NCBI GenBank assembly: GCA_040878325.1
Contig: JBBDMM010000016.1
Location: forward strand, 1-64,000
Direction of reading: 5' to 3'
DNA: 64,000 nt
Origin: Acidimicrobiia bacterium
GTDB taxonomy: Bacteria; Actinomycetota; Acidimicrobiia; Spongiisociales; UBA11373
Below are positions 46,758 through 55,832 of this stretch, in pieces. Each line of letters opens with the position of its first letter. Position 1 is the first letter of the stretch. Made by a program: the position numbers and the translations under genes. The notes beneath the pieces are model-generated. The model saw nothing but the letters and a program-made list of their open reading frames with translations. It ran no database searches and was not told the DNA's origin.

Positions 46758-46958
46758 CTAGCGGATGTTGAAGTACCAGTACCAGACGCCCACGCTGAGG
46801 GCGCCCGCAAAGATCGCCAGTTTGATCGTCTGCTTGAAGATTCCCCAGAAGAAGAGGAACGCAGTCAGCAGCCCGACCACGATGAGCATCCCGAGCAGCA
46901 CCGGGTTGGCCTTCACCGTGTCGACGATCTCGCCCGCGCTGGAGGGGACTTGGAACAT
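46758..46958 (-). CDS. Small membrane protein (66 aa)
   Basis: MFQVPSSAGEIVDTVKANPVLLGMLIVV...; two TM segments; stop lies 3 nt before the permease start. Confidence 0.65.
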   Translation of the reverse strand: MFQVPSSAGEIVDTVKANPVLLGMLIVVGLLTAFLFFWGIFKQTIKLAIFAGALSVGVWYWYFNIR

Positions 46959-46984
46959 GGGTTGAGGATAGGCCGGGGCCGGCC

Positions 46985-47192
46985 TGCGATTGGCGATTGG
47001 CGACCACGCGTTTCCTCCCCCGCAGGGGGAGGTGGCGAGCGAAGCGAGACGGAGGGGCCGTGCGGCGGTCTCGCGCGCTGGGGGTTCCGAACGGCGGGAG
47101 GGGGGAGTGGCGAGCGAAGCGAGACGGAGGGGCCGCCGCACGACCCCCTCCCTTTGGTCGCTTCGCTCCCTCGGTACTCCCCCCTCCGGAGC
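46985..47192. repeat. REP-like composite with a 29-bp direct repeat and an inverted third unit
   Basis: GTGGCGAGCGAAGCGAGACGGAGGGGCCG at 47032-47060 and 47107-47135; inverted CCCCCTCCC...GTCGCTTCGCTC...TACTCCCCCC; preceded by gcgattg heptamers. Confidence 0.85.
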
Positions 47193-47230
47193 GAGAAACT
47201 GTTTCCGGACTCGTCGTATTCTCTGCCCTC

Positions 47231-48766
47231 ATGCCTCCTCCGCGGCCCTTCTCCCGCGCCCGCCAACCGAAGCCCTTCGTCGCTGCTCTTCTGTCCGCGT
47301 TGATCCCGGGAGCGGGCCAGATCTACGCCGGGCGGGCACGACGGGGCAAGTTGTTCCTCGCGATCACCGCCGTGTTCGTGATCCCCGCCGTGTTCCTGTT
47401 CGTGATGATCTTCTATGTCAGCGGTATTGGCCTGGCAGTGACGCTGTCGCGGCCCTTCTTCAGCAACCCCGATCTGCTTGGTGTCCTGCTCTTCGTAAAC
47501 GCGCTGCTTCTCGTGTTCCGGGCGGTGGCCGTGGTGGATGCGTTTCTCGTCGCCCGTGACCCTGACGCTTCCATGGGCCGCGAGCAGGGAACGGCCGCGG
47601 CCGTGGTGCTGGGACTCCTCGCCATCCTGGTGATCACCGCCGTGCCCCACGGATGGGTCGGGCACCGCAACCTGCTGCTCTACGACGTGATGACCCACGA
47701 CTTCGTCTCCGACCCCGGCCAGGTGACCACGACGGCAGCCCCCGACGGCTCCGGGAGCACGACGACCACCAGTGTCCCATCGACCGCCTTCCCGGCGGAG
47801 GGCCGGGTGAATCTCCTGCTGATGGGCGGCGACGCCGGAGTGGGCCGCACGGGCATTCGCACCGACACGATGATCATCGTGTCGATCGACCCGGAGACCG
47901 GCTGGACCGCCATGTTCGGGATCCCGCGGAATCTGCGGCGGATCCCGGTGCCTGAGGATCACCCCATCGCCTCCTACACCGGCGGGGCGGGGACGGGCTC
48001 ATCGTCGACGACTGGATCGACGGTTCCCTGGAGCAACTGCCCGGGATGCTTCCCGGCGCTCGCTTGGGACATCTACGCATTCGGTTTGGAGCATCCCGAG
48101 CTGTTCACCGGGCCAAACTCGGGCGGCACCTCGGCCAAGACCCTCCTCGGCCACCTGCTCGGGATCGACATCCACTACTTCGCCATCGTCGATCTCAACG
48201 GGTTCGTCGACATCGTCGATGCAATCGGGGGCATCGACATCACGGTGCCCACTGCCCTGTTCGATCCGGCATACCCGAACGAGGACGGGACCACTGAGGA
48301 GAAGACGCTGGCGGCAGGAGACCACCACCTCAACGGTCACGACGCGTTGTTCTACGCGCGGTCCCGGCAGCAGTCGGATGACTTCAACCGCATGAACCGC
48401 CAACGGTGCGTCCTCGAGGCGATGGCCGAAGGGGCCGACCCCGTCGAGCTCTTGCGGGGACTCCCCGATATCGTCCCGGCCATCGAGGCGAGCGTGCGCA
48501 CTGACATCGGCATCGCTTCGATCCCTGATTTCCTCGACCTGCTCTCGAAGGTGAACACCGAGGAGATCGTCTCGATCCGCTTCATGCCCAACGCGCCGGA
48601 GTTCGACGGGACGCCCACCTCGTACATCGCCGACTTCACCGAAGACGGGTTCCCGATCCCCGACCGCGACTTCATCACCGAAACGGTGGCGACCGCCCTC
48701 TCCCTGCCCCCACTCGAGGCGATCGAGGTGCTCAATCTGCAGCCCCTCGAGGATGTATGCGGTTAG
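47231..48766 (+). CDS. LCP (LytR-CpsA-Psr) family glycopolymer transferase
   Basis: LSALIPGAGQIY TM region; NLLLMGGD, RTDTMII, GIPRN, VDAIGG, ALFYARSR, DFNRMNRQ. Confidence 0.92.
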   Translation: MPPPRPFSRARQPKPFVAALLSALIPGAGQIYAGRARRGKLFLAITAVFVIPAVFLFVMIFYVSGIGLAVTLSRPFFSNPDLLGVLLFVNALLLVFRAVAVVDAFLVARDPDASMGREQGTAAAVVLGLLAILVITAVPHGWVGHRNLLLYDVMTHDFVSDPGQVTTTAAPDGSGSTTTTSVPSTAFPAEGRVNLLLMGGDAGVGRTGIRTDTMIIVSIDPETGWTAMFGIPRNLRRIPVPEDHPIASYTGGAGTGSSSTTGSTVPWSNCPGCFPALAWDIYAFGLEHPELFTGPNSGGTSAKTLLGHLLGIDIHYFAIVDLNGFVDIVDAIGGIDITVPTALFDPAYPNEDGTTEEKTLAAGDHHLNGHDALFYARSRQQSDDFNRMNRQRCVLEAMAEGADPVELLRGLPDIVPAIEASVRTDIGIASIPDFLDLLSKVNTEEIVSIRFMPNAPEFDGTPTSYIADFTEDGFPIPDRDFITETVATALSLPPLEAIEVLNLQPLEDVCG

Positions 48767-48809
48767 CCGGCTCCTGCTCCGGCCCCGGCCACTGCCAGAG
48801 AGGGTCCGC

Positions 48810-49793
48810 CTAAATCTCGATGCGGGAGAGGCGCCACCAGGCGATCGAGGCCAATGCGCCTAGCGCCCCGAGGCCTGCGACGAGCCAGGGGCCGTCGATG
48901 GCGGCCAGCGAACCCACTGCGGCGGCGAGCAGGCTGGCCGACCAGAGGATCGCCACCGCCACCCGCACTCCGAGCCCGCCCCGGACGAGGCGGTGGGCGG
49001 TGTGGTCGGAGCCCCCTACGGAAACCGGCCTGCCGTGGCGCAGGCGATCGACAGTGACGAAGGCCGTATCGAAGAGCGGAACCGCCAGCAGGGTGACCGG
49101 CACCGCGATCACCGCGAGCAGGCCCGCCGGCCCGGCTCCGCCGGCCCGTCCCGCGTCGAGGACCGCCAGGCCGGCGATCGCCGCCCCGAGAAAGTGCGAG
49201 CCCGCATCGCCCATGAACACCCGGGCCGGGGGCAGGTTGAGGGCGAGGAACCCGGCGATCGCCCCGCCCAGCGCCGCGGCGAGACCCACCGGGCCGGTAG
49301 CGGCAGCCCACCAGATCCACAGGGCTCCCACGGCGACGAGAGCCATCCCGCCGGCAGCGGCATCCATGTTGTCGACGAGGTTGATCGCGTTCATCGCGAC
49401 CACGACCCACAGCACCGTGGCAGCCGCGGCGACGAAGTCACCGCCCGGGATGTCCATCGTGGCGCCGAAACCGACCAGGGCCAGGCCTGCAGCTGCCTGG
49501 CCGACGAGCTTTGCGATGGGCGTCAGCGAGCGAAGGTCGTCCCAGAGGCCCACGGCGAGGCCCACGAAGGCGGCCGCCGCCACGGCGCCCGCTCCCGGCT
49601 CATCTCGCCCCCAGACCAGCACCGCGATACCGAAGCCGGCTCCCATGGCGATCCCACCGGCGAGAGGTACCGAGTCCGTCCGCCACCGGGGTTGCGTTGC
49701 AGCCCGAGTGACGAACCGACTGATCGAGGGGACTCGGACGAACACCGCGCACACCATCAATGCCACCGCGAACGCGACGAGTGCGGCAGCCAT
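48810..49793 (-). CDS. MraY/WecA-family polyprenyl-phosphate sugar-1-phosphate transferase
   Basis: PLAGG, GLWDD, NAINLVDNMD, VFMGDAGS, DHTAHRL. Confidence 0.9.
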   Translation of the reverse strand: MAAALVAFAVALMVCAVFVRVPSISRFVTRAATQPRWRTDSVPLAGGIAMGAGFGIAVLVWGRDEPGAGAVAAAAFVGLAVGLWDDLRSLTPIAKLVGQAAAGLALVGFGATMDIPGGDFVAAAATVLWVVVAMNAINLVDNMDAAAGGMALVAVGALWIWWAAATGPVGLAAALGGAIAGFLALNLPPARVFMGDAGSHFLGAAIAGLAVLDAGRAGGAGPAGLLAVIAVPVTLLAVPLFDTAFVTVDRLRHGRPVSVGGSDHTAHRLVRGGLGVRVAVAILWSASLLAAAVGSLAAIDGPWLVAGLGALGALASIAWWRLSRIEI

Positions 49794-49796
49794 CGC

Positions 49797-50774
49797 CTAG
49801 ATGAATTCGGGGTTCTGGCGACCGTGCTCGGCGACCCGGTCGATGATCTCCTCGAGGTCCACCTGCGGCTCGAATCCGGTGATCCGGCGAAGCTTCGAGA
49901 TGTCGGGCACCCGGCGCTGCATATCCTCGAAGCCGGGGGCGTAAGCCTCGTCGTATGGGATGGTGACTATCTCGGAGGCCGAACCGGTCCGCTCCCGCAC
50001 CAGTTTCGCCAGGTCCATGATCGTGATCTCGCGGCCCCCGCCGATGTTGAAGACCTCGCCGAATGCTTCGGTCCGGGTCGGCAGATCGAGGAGCGCCCTC
50101 ACCGCATCTCCGACGTAGGTGAATGCCCGGCTCTGGCTTCCGTCCCCGTAGACCGTGATCGCCTCACCCCGCAGGGCCTGACGCACGAATGTGGGGATCA
50201 CCATTCCGTAGCGACCGGTCTGGCGCGGGCCCACGGTGTTGAACAGCCGGGCAATCACGACGGGAAGGCCGTCACGCCGGTGATAGGCCACCGCGAGGAA
50301 CTCATCAATCGCCTTCGAAGCGGCGTAGGCCCAACGCGAATTGGTGGTGGGTCCGAGCACCATGTCGTGGTCCTCGGCGTATGGCACCCGCTCCGACTTG
50401 CCGTATACCTCGGAGGTCGATGCGATGACCACCGGCCGCCGCCACTTGTTGGCCAGCCGCAGGACCACCTCGGTTCCCCGAATGTTGGTCTCGATGGTGT
50501 GGACGGGGTCGTCGACGATGAGCTTCACCCCGACGGCTGCTGCCAGGTGGTAGACGACGTCGGCCTGGCGTACGAGTCCCTCGAGGGTCTGGTCGTCCTC
50601 GACGCCGGCCACCACCAGCTCGAACGACGGGCCTGCGGAGAGATGGGCGACATTGCGGAAGGAGCCGGTGGAGAGATCGTCCACCGCCACCACCCGGTCG
50701 CCGGCCGCTACCACCGCCTCGGCGAGGTGGGACCCGATGAACCCCGCGCCACCCGTCACCAGGATCGTTCGCAT
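49797..50774 (-). CDS. NAD-dependent nucleotide-sugar epimerase/dehydratase
   Basis: TGGAGFIGSH, HLAAAVGV, ASTSEVYG, YAASK, RLFNTVGPRQ. Confidence 0.93.
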   Translation of the reverse strand: MRTILVTGGAGFIGSHLAEAVVAAGDRVVAVDDLSTGSFRNVAHLSAGPSFELVVAGVEDDQTLEGLVRQADVVYHLAAAVGVKLIVDDPVHTIETNIRGTEVVLRLANKWRRPVVIASTSEVYGKSERVPYAEDHDMVLGPTTNSRWAYAASKAIDEFLAVAYHRRDGLPVVIARLFNTVGPRQTGRYGMVIPTFVRQALRGEAITVYGDGSQSRAFTYVGDAVRALLDLPTRTEAFGEVFNIGGGREITIMDLAKLVRERTGSASEIVTIPYDEAYAPGFEDMQRRVPDISKLRRITGFEPQVDLEEIIDRVAEHGRQNPEFI

Positions 50775-50783
50775 GATCGAACC

Positions 50784-52022
50784 CTAACTATTGCCCACAG
50801 CGGCTTGGCGGCGGCCGACGGCGGCAGCGCAGATCGCGATCAGCGCGCCGGTCTCGCCGGCGACAAAAGCCACCGAAACCCGCAGCCCCGGGTCTCCAAT
50901 CGACGGGATCAACGCAGCGATCGCGACGGCGAAGCCGAGGACCCAGGCGACGGCGAGAAGCATCGTCCGCCCCCGGGCGACCAGCACCTGACCGGCGAAC
51001 AGCGAGGCGGCGGCGATGATCATCCCGGCGGCGGCGAGGGCCGCCACTTCCCAGGCGGGCTCGAATTCGGGGCCGAACAGAGCCCTCACCACGGCCGGTC
51101 CGAGGAGTCCGCCGCCAACGGCTGCGATCGGCGCCAGGGCGAGTCCGGCGAGTCCGAAACGCAGCGCCCACTTTCTCAGGTCATCGTCGCGGCCGACCCG
51201 CGCCAGCCCGGTGAGCGGAGGGAGCAACCGGGCCAGCATGTTCTGGGTCATCACGATCGGTGCTCGGAACAGTTGGAAGGTCACAAAGACGACGCTCATC
51301 ACCCCGGGCTCGTCGGTGAGAATGCCGACCGCCATCGGGGCGAGCAGCAGCAGGACCTGCGAGGCCGCGCTGGCCAGCACGAATCCGGTGAGGAAGCGGC
51401 CGCCGGCTTCGGGGTCGCGCACCCGATCCTTGGGACGTCCGCTGCGGAACGGGCGCCACAGGACGACGATGAAGGGCGCCAACGCCAACGCCCAGCCCAC
51501 ACTCAAACCGGTCGAAGCGATCCTGAGGAAGACCAACGCCAGCACTACCCGGAAAGCCGCTACCACTCCGCTGACGAGGCCATACGCGCGGAACCGCCGC
51601 ATGCCGGCCAGGTGCCCCCGGCCCAAGGCAAGGAGGGCGTTGCCGGCGACCGTCACCAGCCCGATCAGGGCGTAGGTCGCCTCGCCGTCGAAGAACTGAT
51701 CGCGAGCGAAGTAGGTGAATGCCGTCGCCCCCGTGGCCCCGGCGAAAATGACCCAGGCGACCGCGGCGCCACCCCCGCGTCGGTCGAGCGTGACCCGCCG
51801 AATCTCGAACTGCTCGATGGGCAGGAGCAGCACCGTGAAGACGAGAAAGTGGACCGTCAGCAGCGCGGTGATCGGGTCGAAGTCGGCGGCGCCCAGCGCC
51901 CGTCCCCCCACCACCTGGAACACGTACGCGCCGAGCGAGGCCACGATCGTGCCCGCGAGGATGTACGGGGTTCCGTCGGTGGCGTATCGCTTTAGATCGC
52001 TGCGAACCGAGTCCGGGATCAT
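50784..52022 (-). CDS. Polysaccharide biosynthesis / flippase (Wzx-like) membrane protein
   Basis: About 12 TM segments, YVFQVVGGRALGAADF; context of sugar-modifying genes. Confidence 0.75.
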   Translation of the reverse strand: MIPDSVRSDLKRYATDGTPYILAGTIVASLGAYVFQVVGGRALGAADFDPITALLTVHFLVFTVLLLPIEQFEIRRVTLDRRGGGAAVAWVIFAGATGATAFTYFARDQFFDGEATYALIGLVTVAGNALLALGRGHLAGMRRFRAYGLVSGVVAAFRVVLALVFLRIASTGLSVGWALALAPFIVVLWRPFRSGRPKDRVRDPEAGGRFLTGFVLASAASQVLLLLAPMAVGILTDEPGVMSVVFVTFQLFRAPIVMTQNMLARLLPPLTGLARVGRDDDLRKWALRFGLAGLALAPIAAVGGGLLGPAVVRALFGPEFEPAWEVAALAAAGMIIAAASLFAGQVLVARGRTMLLAVAWVLGFAVAIAALIPSIGDPGLRVSVAFVAGETGALIAICAAAVGRRQAAVGNS

Positions 52023-52056
52023 TCGGCGCCCGACTGTACAGCCGGACCGACGGATC

Positions 52057-54567
52057 TCAGGCCGACGCCAACTCCCGACACTCGATGGCCCGGCGCACGT
52101 CGTCGTCGGCCTCGATCAGCAGGCGCCGCAGCATCGGGCGGATCTCGCCGCCGTCGAAGACCCCGGTTACCCGCGCCCTGATCGTCTCCTCGACCACATG
52201 ACGGGGGAACAGCGATTGGAAGTAGGCCTTGGCGGCTTCGGCTTCGCGCTCTTCGAACACCCCGGTCAGCCCCTCGAAGAATGGGGCGAGGAAGGGCTCG
52301 AGCAGATCGGCCTGGCTGCGCTGCCAGAAGCCTCCGGCGGCAGCGATCGCGACTCGCAGCGAGGGATAGCCATCGGCGTGGAGGCGTTCCCAGGCCTCCT
52401 TCTTGGCCATCGGGTCGGGGCGGGCCACCGCCGCAGTCGTCATGGCACGGTCGCCGCGGTCCGACTTGTCGCGCTCGCGCTCCGTAGCCAGCCGCTCGTC
52501 CGCCCCGTCGATACCGAGCGCGGCCCAGCGGATTGCCACGCTCCACCGCATGTCCTGGTCCACGGTCAGCCCCGACGGGGGGTCGTCCACCAGGGCGGCG
52601 GCCTTCTTGGCGTCCGCCGGCGACAAGGCCAGGCCGATGAGAGCTCGCGCCCAGAGAACCCGGTGGTCGCCGGGAGGAGCCTTGCTGATAGCGGCGAGTG
52701 CGCCGTCGACGAACCGGGTCGCCTCGGCGTCGATCCGGTCCTCGGGGATGTACCTGGTAACGGTCGCCCCCACCGTGGCCGTGACCATGTGGATGATCGG
52801 GAGCGACTGTTCGCTGAGTAGATGCCGGGCCACCAGGTCGAGGTAGGTCGTCGACTTGAGGGTTCGATCGCGCACCATCTCCCACAACGCCTCCCACACC
52901 AGCTGGCGGAGCAGCGGGTCGCCGAGGCCACCGAGGTTCTCGTGGGCATAGGCGATGGAGGCCTCGTCGAGAGCCACTTTGGCGTACCCATGGTCGCCGT
53001 GATTGGGGAACACGAAGGCGGGAGCGGGCAAACCCTCGGCCCCGGCCACCGGAGCGGATAGGTCGTCGATCACACCCGGCACCACCGACAACTTCCCGGA
53101 TGGGTCGATGAGGGCCACCTCGACGTGGTGGGATCGCAGAACCGGATGGTCTTCGAGAGCGGTTTGGCGGAGCTCCAGGTCGGTCACCTTGCCTTCGGCC
53201 GTCTTGTAGGAGGCGGCGAGCGTGTTCAGCGAGGCAGTGCGCAGCCATCGGGCCGACCAGGAGACGAGGTCGGTGCCGCTTCCCTCCTGGAGAGCGGCCA
53301 GGAAGTCGGCGAGGTTCGCATTTCCGAACCGGTGGCGCCGGAAGTAGGTTCGAAGGCCGTCGCGAAACGCATCCTCTCCGATCGCGTGCACCAACTGCTT
53401 GAGCACCGAAGCACCCTTGCCGTAGGAGATGCCGTCGAAGTTCAGGAACACCTCGTCGGTCGAGGGAACCTCGTCGGCGATCGGATGGGTGGTGGGCTGC
53501 TGATCCTCCCGGTACGCCCAGAGCTTCATCCGGAAGTTGAAGTCCTGCCAGATCCCCGGCCAATCGCCCATGGCGGACAGGGCAAGATATCCGGCATACG
53601 AGGCGAACGACTCGTTCAACCACAGGTCGTTCCACCACTTCATCGTCACCAGGTCGCCGAACCACATGTGGGCGAGCTCGTGAGTGAAGTACTCGGCCCG
53701 ACGCAACAGTTGATCCTCGGTCGGGGGATCACGGAAGATGACCGTGTCGGTGTAGGTGACGTTGGCGACGTTCTCCATCCCGCCCCAGTTGAACTCCGGC
53801 ACGAACACCTGGTCGTACTTCCCGAATGGATACGGCTCCGAGAAGAGCTCCCCGAAGTAATCGATGCTCCGCTTGGTCAGCTCGAACAGCGGACCCGAGT
53901 CGAGATGCGGCATCAGCGACTCGCGGGCATAGAGGCCGAGGGGGATGCCGTTGTGCTCGTCGTGGACCGAGGCGTAAGCCCCGGCGACCACCGAGAGCAG
54001 GTAGGTGGAGAACGGCACGGTGGTGTCGAACACCCGGCGCGACCGCCCGTCGGCGGTGTCCTCACGCGAGACCTCCCCGCCGGCGGTGACCACCGCCCAT
54101 GCGCCCGGCGCGTCGACGGTCAACGAGTAGGTCGCCTTGAGGTCGGGCTGGTCGAAACACGGCATGAGGCGATGGGCCGAATAGGGCTCGAACTGGGTGT
54201 AGAGGTACTCCGACCCATCCTCCGGGTCGACGAACTGGTGGAAGCCTTCGCCGGTGTGGTCGTACGCCCGCTCATAGGCCACCCGAACCTCGTTCGTCTC
54301 CTTGAGGGCCGCAGCGGGCAGGTCGATGCGAAAGCCGTCCCAGTTGGGCTCGACCGCGGCGCCGTTGATCTCGAACCGCTGGATCGTTCCCCCCAGCCAC
54401 TCGAGGAAGGTGTCACCACCCCGGTGCTTGAACGAAATCGTGACATCCCCCCGGAAGGTCTTGGCGCCCGCCTCGAGGTCGAGGTCGAGCACGTAGGCGA
54501 CATCCGAGACCCGCTCGGATCGCGTCACCGCCTCGTCGAGAGTCAGACGATCCCGCTGTTCGGTCAT
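52057..54567 (-). CDS. pepN: Aminopeptidase N (M1 family)
   Basis: CFDQPDLKA, GGMEN, HELAHMWFGDLVT, WLNESFA, YGKGASVL. Confidence 0.96.
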   Translation of the reverse strand: MTEQRDRLTLDEAVTRSERVSDVAYVLDLDLEAGAKTFRGDVTISFKHRGGDTFLEWLGGTIQRFEINGAAVEPNWDGFRIDLPAAALKETNEVRVAYERAYDHTGEGFHQFVDPEDGSEYLYTQFEPYSAHRLMPCFDQPDLKATYSLTVDAPGAWAVVTAGGEVSREDTADGRSRRVFDTTVPFSTYLLSVVAGAYASVHDEHNGIPLGLYARESLMPHLDSGPLFELTKRSIDYFGELFSEPYPFGKYDQVFVPEFNWGGMENVANVTYTDTVIFRDPPTEDQLLRRAEYFTHELAHMWFGDLVTMKWWNDLWLNESFASYAGYLALSAMGDWPGIWQDFNFRMKLWAYREDQQPTTHPIADEVPSTDEVFLNFDGISYGKGASVLKQLVHAIGEDAFRDGLRTYFRRHRFGNANLADFLAALQEGSGTDLVSWSARWLRTASLNTLAASYKTAEGKVTDLELRQTALEDHPVLRSHHVEVALIDPSGKLSVVPGVIDDLSAPVAGAEGLPAPAFVFPNHGDHGYAKVALDEASIAYAHENLGGLGDPLLRQLVWEALWEMVRDRTLKSTTYLDLVARHLLSEQSLPIIHMVTATVGATVTRYIPEDRIDAEATRFVDGALAAISKAPPGDHRVLWARALIGLALSPADAKKAAALVDDPPSGLTVDQDMRWSVAIRWAALGIDGADERLATERERDKSDRGDRAMTTAAVARPDPMAKKEAWERLHADGYPSLRVAIAAAGGFWQRSQADLLEPFLAPFFEGLTGVFEEREAEAAKAYFQSLFPRHVVEETIRARVTGVFDGGEIRPMLRRLLIEADDDVRRAIECRELASA

Positions 54568-54617
54568 TCTCGATCTCCCTTCCGAACAGTTTCTAGTCGA
54601 TTTGGAGAGGTCAACCG

Positions 54618-54728
54618 CTGCCCGCCTCCCGCCACCCGCTTCCCGCAAGAAAGACTTGGTGACGTCGACCTCGGGCGGTGTCTTGCCGGGGGCGGAAGGC
54701 GGAAGGCGGAAGGCGGAAGGCGGAAGGC
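54618..54728. repeat. Heptamer arrays (CCCGCYN)n and (GGCGGAA)5
   Basis: cccgcct cccgcca cccgctt cccgc ... ggcggaa x5. Confidence 0.8.
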
Positions 54729-54740
54729 CGAGAGCCTTCC

Positions 54741-55721
54741 TCACACCGTCTCGAACGAATCGCGCAGGATCCACTCGACGGTCTCGGGGAGGCCCTCTTC
54801 GAGGGTGCGGGGATCGAATCCGAGCTCGGCGCGGGCCTTGGCGTCGGTGCCGAGGTAGGTGACCCCAGCGGCCACCCGCAGCCGCTCCACGGTGGAGCGC
54901 AATGATCGCAGCACCGCCGCCAGACCACCCAGCACGACCGCCGGTGGGTGGACCGCCCACCGGGGCAACGGCAGCGGCGGATGGGCCTTTCCCGCCAACT
55001 CTCCCGCCGCCGAGAGTACCGCGCGCACGCTGTGGGGCTGTCCCCCAACGATGTACGTCTCACCGATGCGGCCGAACTCCATGGCGAGGACGTGGGCCTG
55101 GGCAACGTCTTCGACATGTGCCCAGCAGTAGGCCGTGGTGTCTGACACGAGTCGAACCCGGCCTCGCAGGTACCTGGCGAGGAGACCGGCCATCCCGCTG
55201 GCGTCGCCCGCCCCATAAGTAGCCCCTGGCATGACGATGACCCCCGGAAGGCCGGAGGCCATCATCGGGGCGGCCACTTCATAGTGAGCCCGCCACCGAA
55301 GCGCGTCGTACCGGGTGAGATGCTTGCCGGTGAACCGGTATGACTCGTCGGGCAGCTCGCCGTGGGTATTCGAGAACACCGACAGCGTGCTGGTATGAAC
55401 CACCCGGGGCACTCTCAGCTCCTTGACCAGTTCGAGCACGTTGCGGGTGCCCTGGACATGGACGGCCTCGGCCAGGCGACGATCGCCGATGGCGACCCGG
55501 TGCCCGGCCACGTGGAAGACGCCGTCGACGCTACGAACCGCCGGCCGCAAGACTTCCTTGTCGACCACCGACCCGAGGAAAGGCCGTACCCCGGCCGCCA
55601 CCATCTCGACGCCCTCCTCCCGGGTGCGCACCAGCGCCGTCACTTGATGACCACCGGCGAGGAGATATCCAGCGATGTACGCGCCGAGGAATCCGGAGGC
55701 ATCCGTTACCAGGTAGTGCAT
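54741..55721 (-). CDS. NAD-dependent epimerase/dehydratase family protein (dihydroflavonol reductase-like)
   Basis: VTDASGFLG, VFHVAG, GTRNVL, VHTST, HVEDVAQAH. Confidence 0.85.
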   Translation of the reverse strand: MHYLVTDASGFLGAYIAGYLLAGGHQVTALVRTREEGVEMVAAGVRPFLGSVVDKEVLRPAVRSVDGVFHVAGHRVAIGDRRLAEAVHVQGTRNVLELVKELRVPRVVHTSTLSVFSNTHGELPDESYRFTGKHLTRYDALRWRAHYEVAAPMMASGLPGVIVMPGATYGAGDASGMAGLLARYLRGRVRLVSDTTAYCWAHVEDVAQAHVLAMEFGRIGETYIVGGQPHSVRAVLSAAGELAGKAHPPLPLPRWAVHPPAVVLGGLAAVLRSLRSTVERLRVAAGVTYLGTDAKARAELGFDPRTLEEGLPETVEWILRDSFETV

Positions 55722-55832
55722 GAGGGAAGAGTAGGAAAAGACGCAATGCGCGATGAGCAATGCGCGCCGCGCCGAGGGCGCGGCCGGGGGCAGGAAGCAG
55801 GAAGCAGGATCTTGCGGGAGGCGGGAGGCCTG

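Noticed and set aside
48993..51995. 1000-aa plus-strand ORF and other long antisense ORFs (e.g. 53125..54858, 38069..39469)
   Set aside because: Shadow frames of well-supported opposite-strand genes in high-GC DNA; no motifs.
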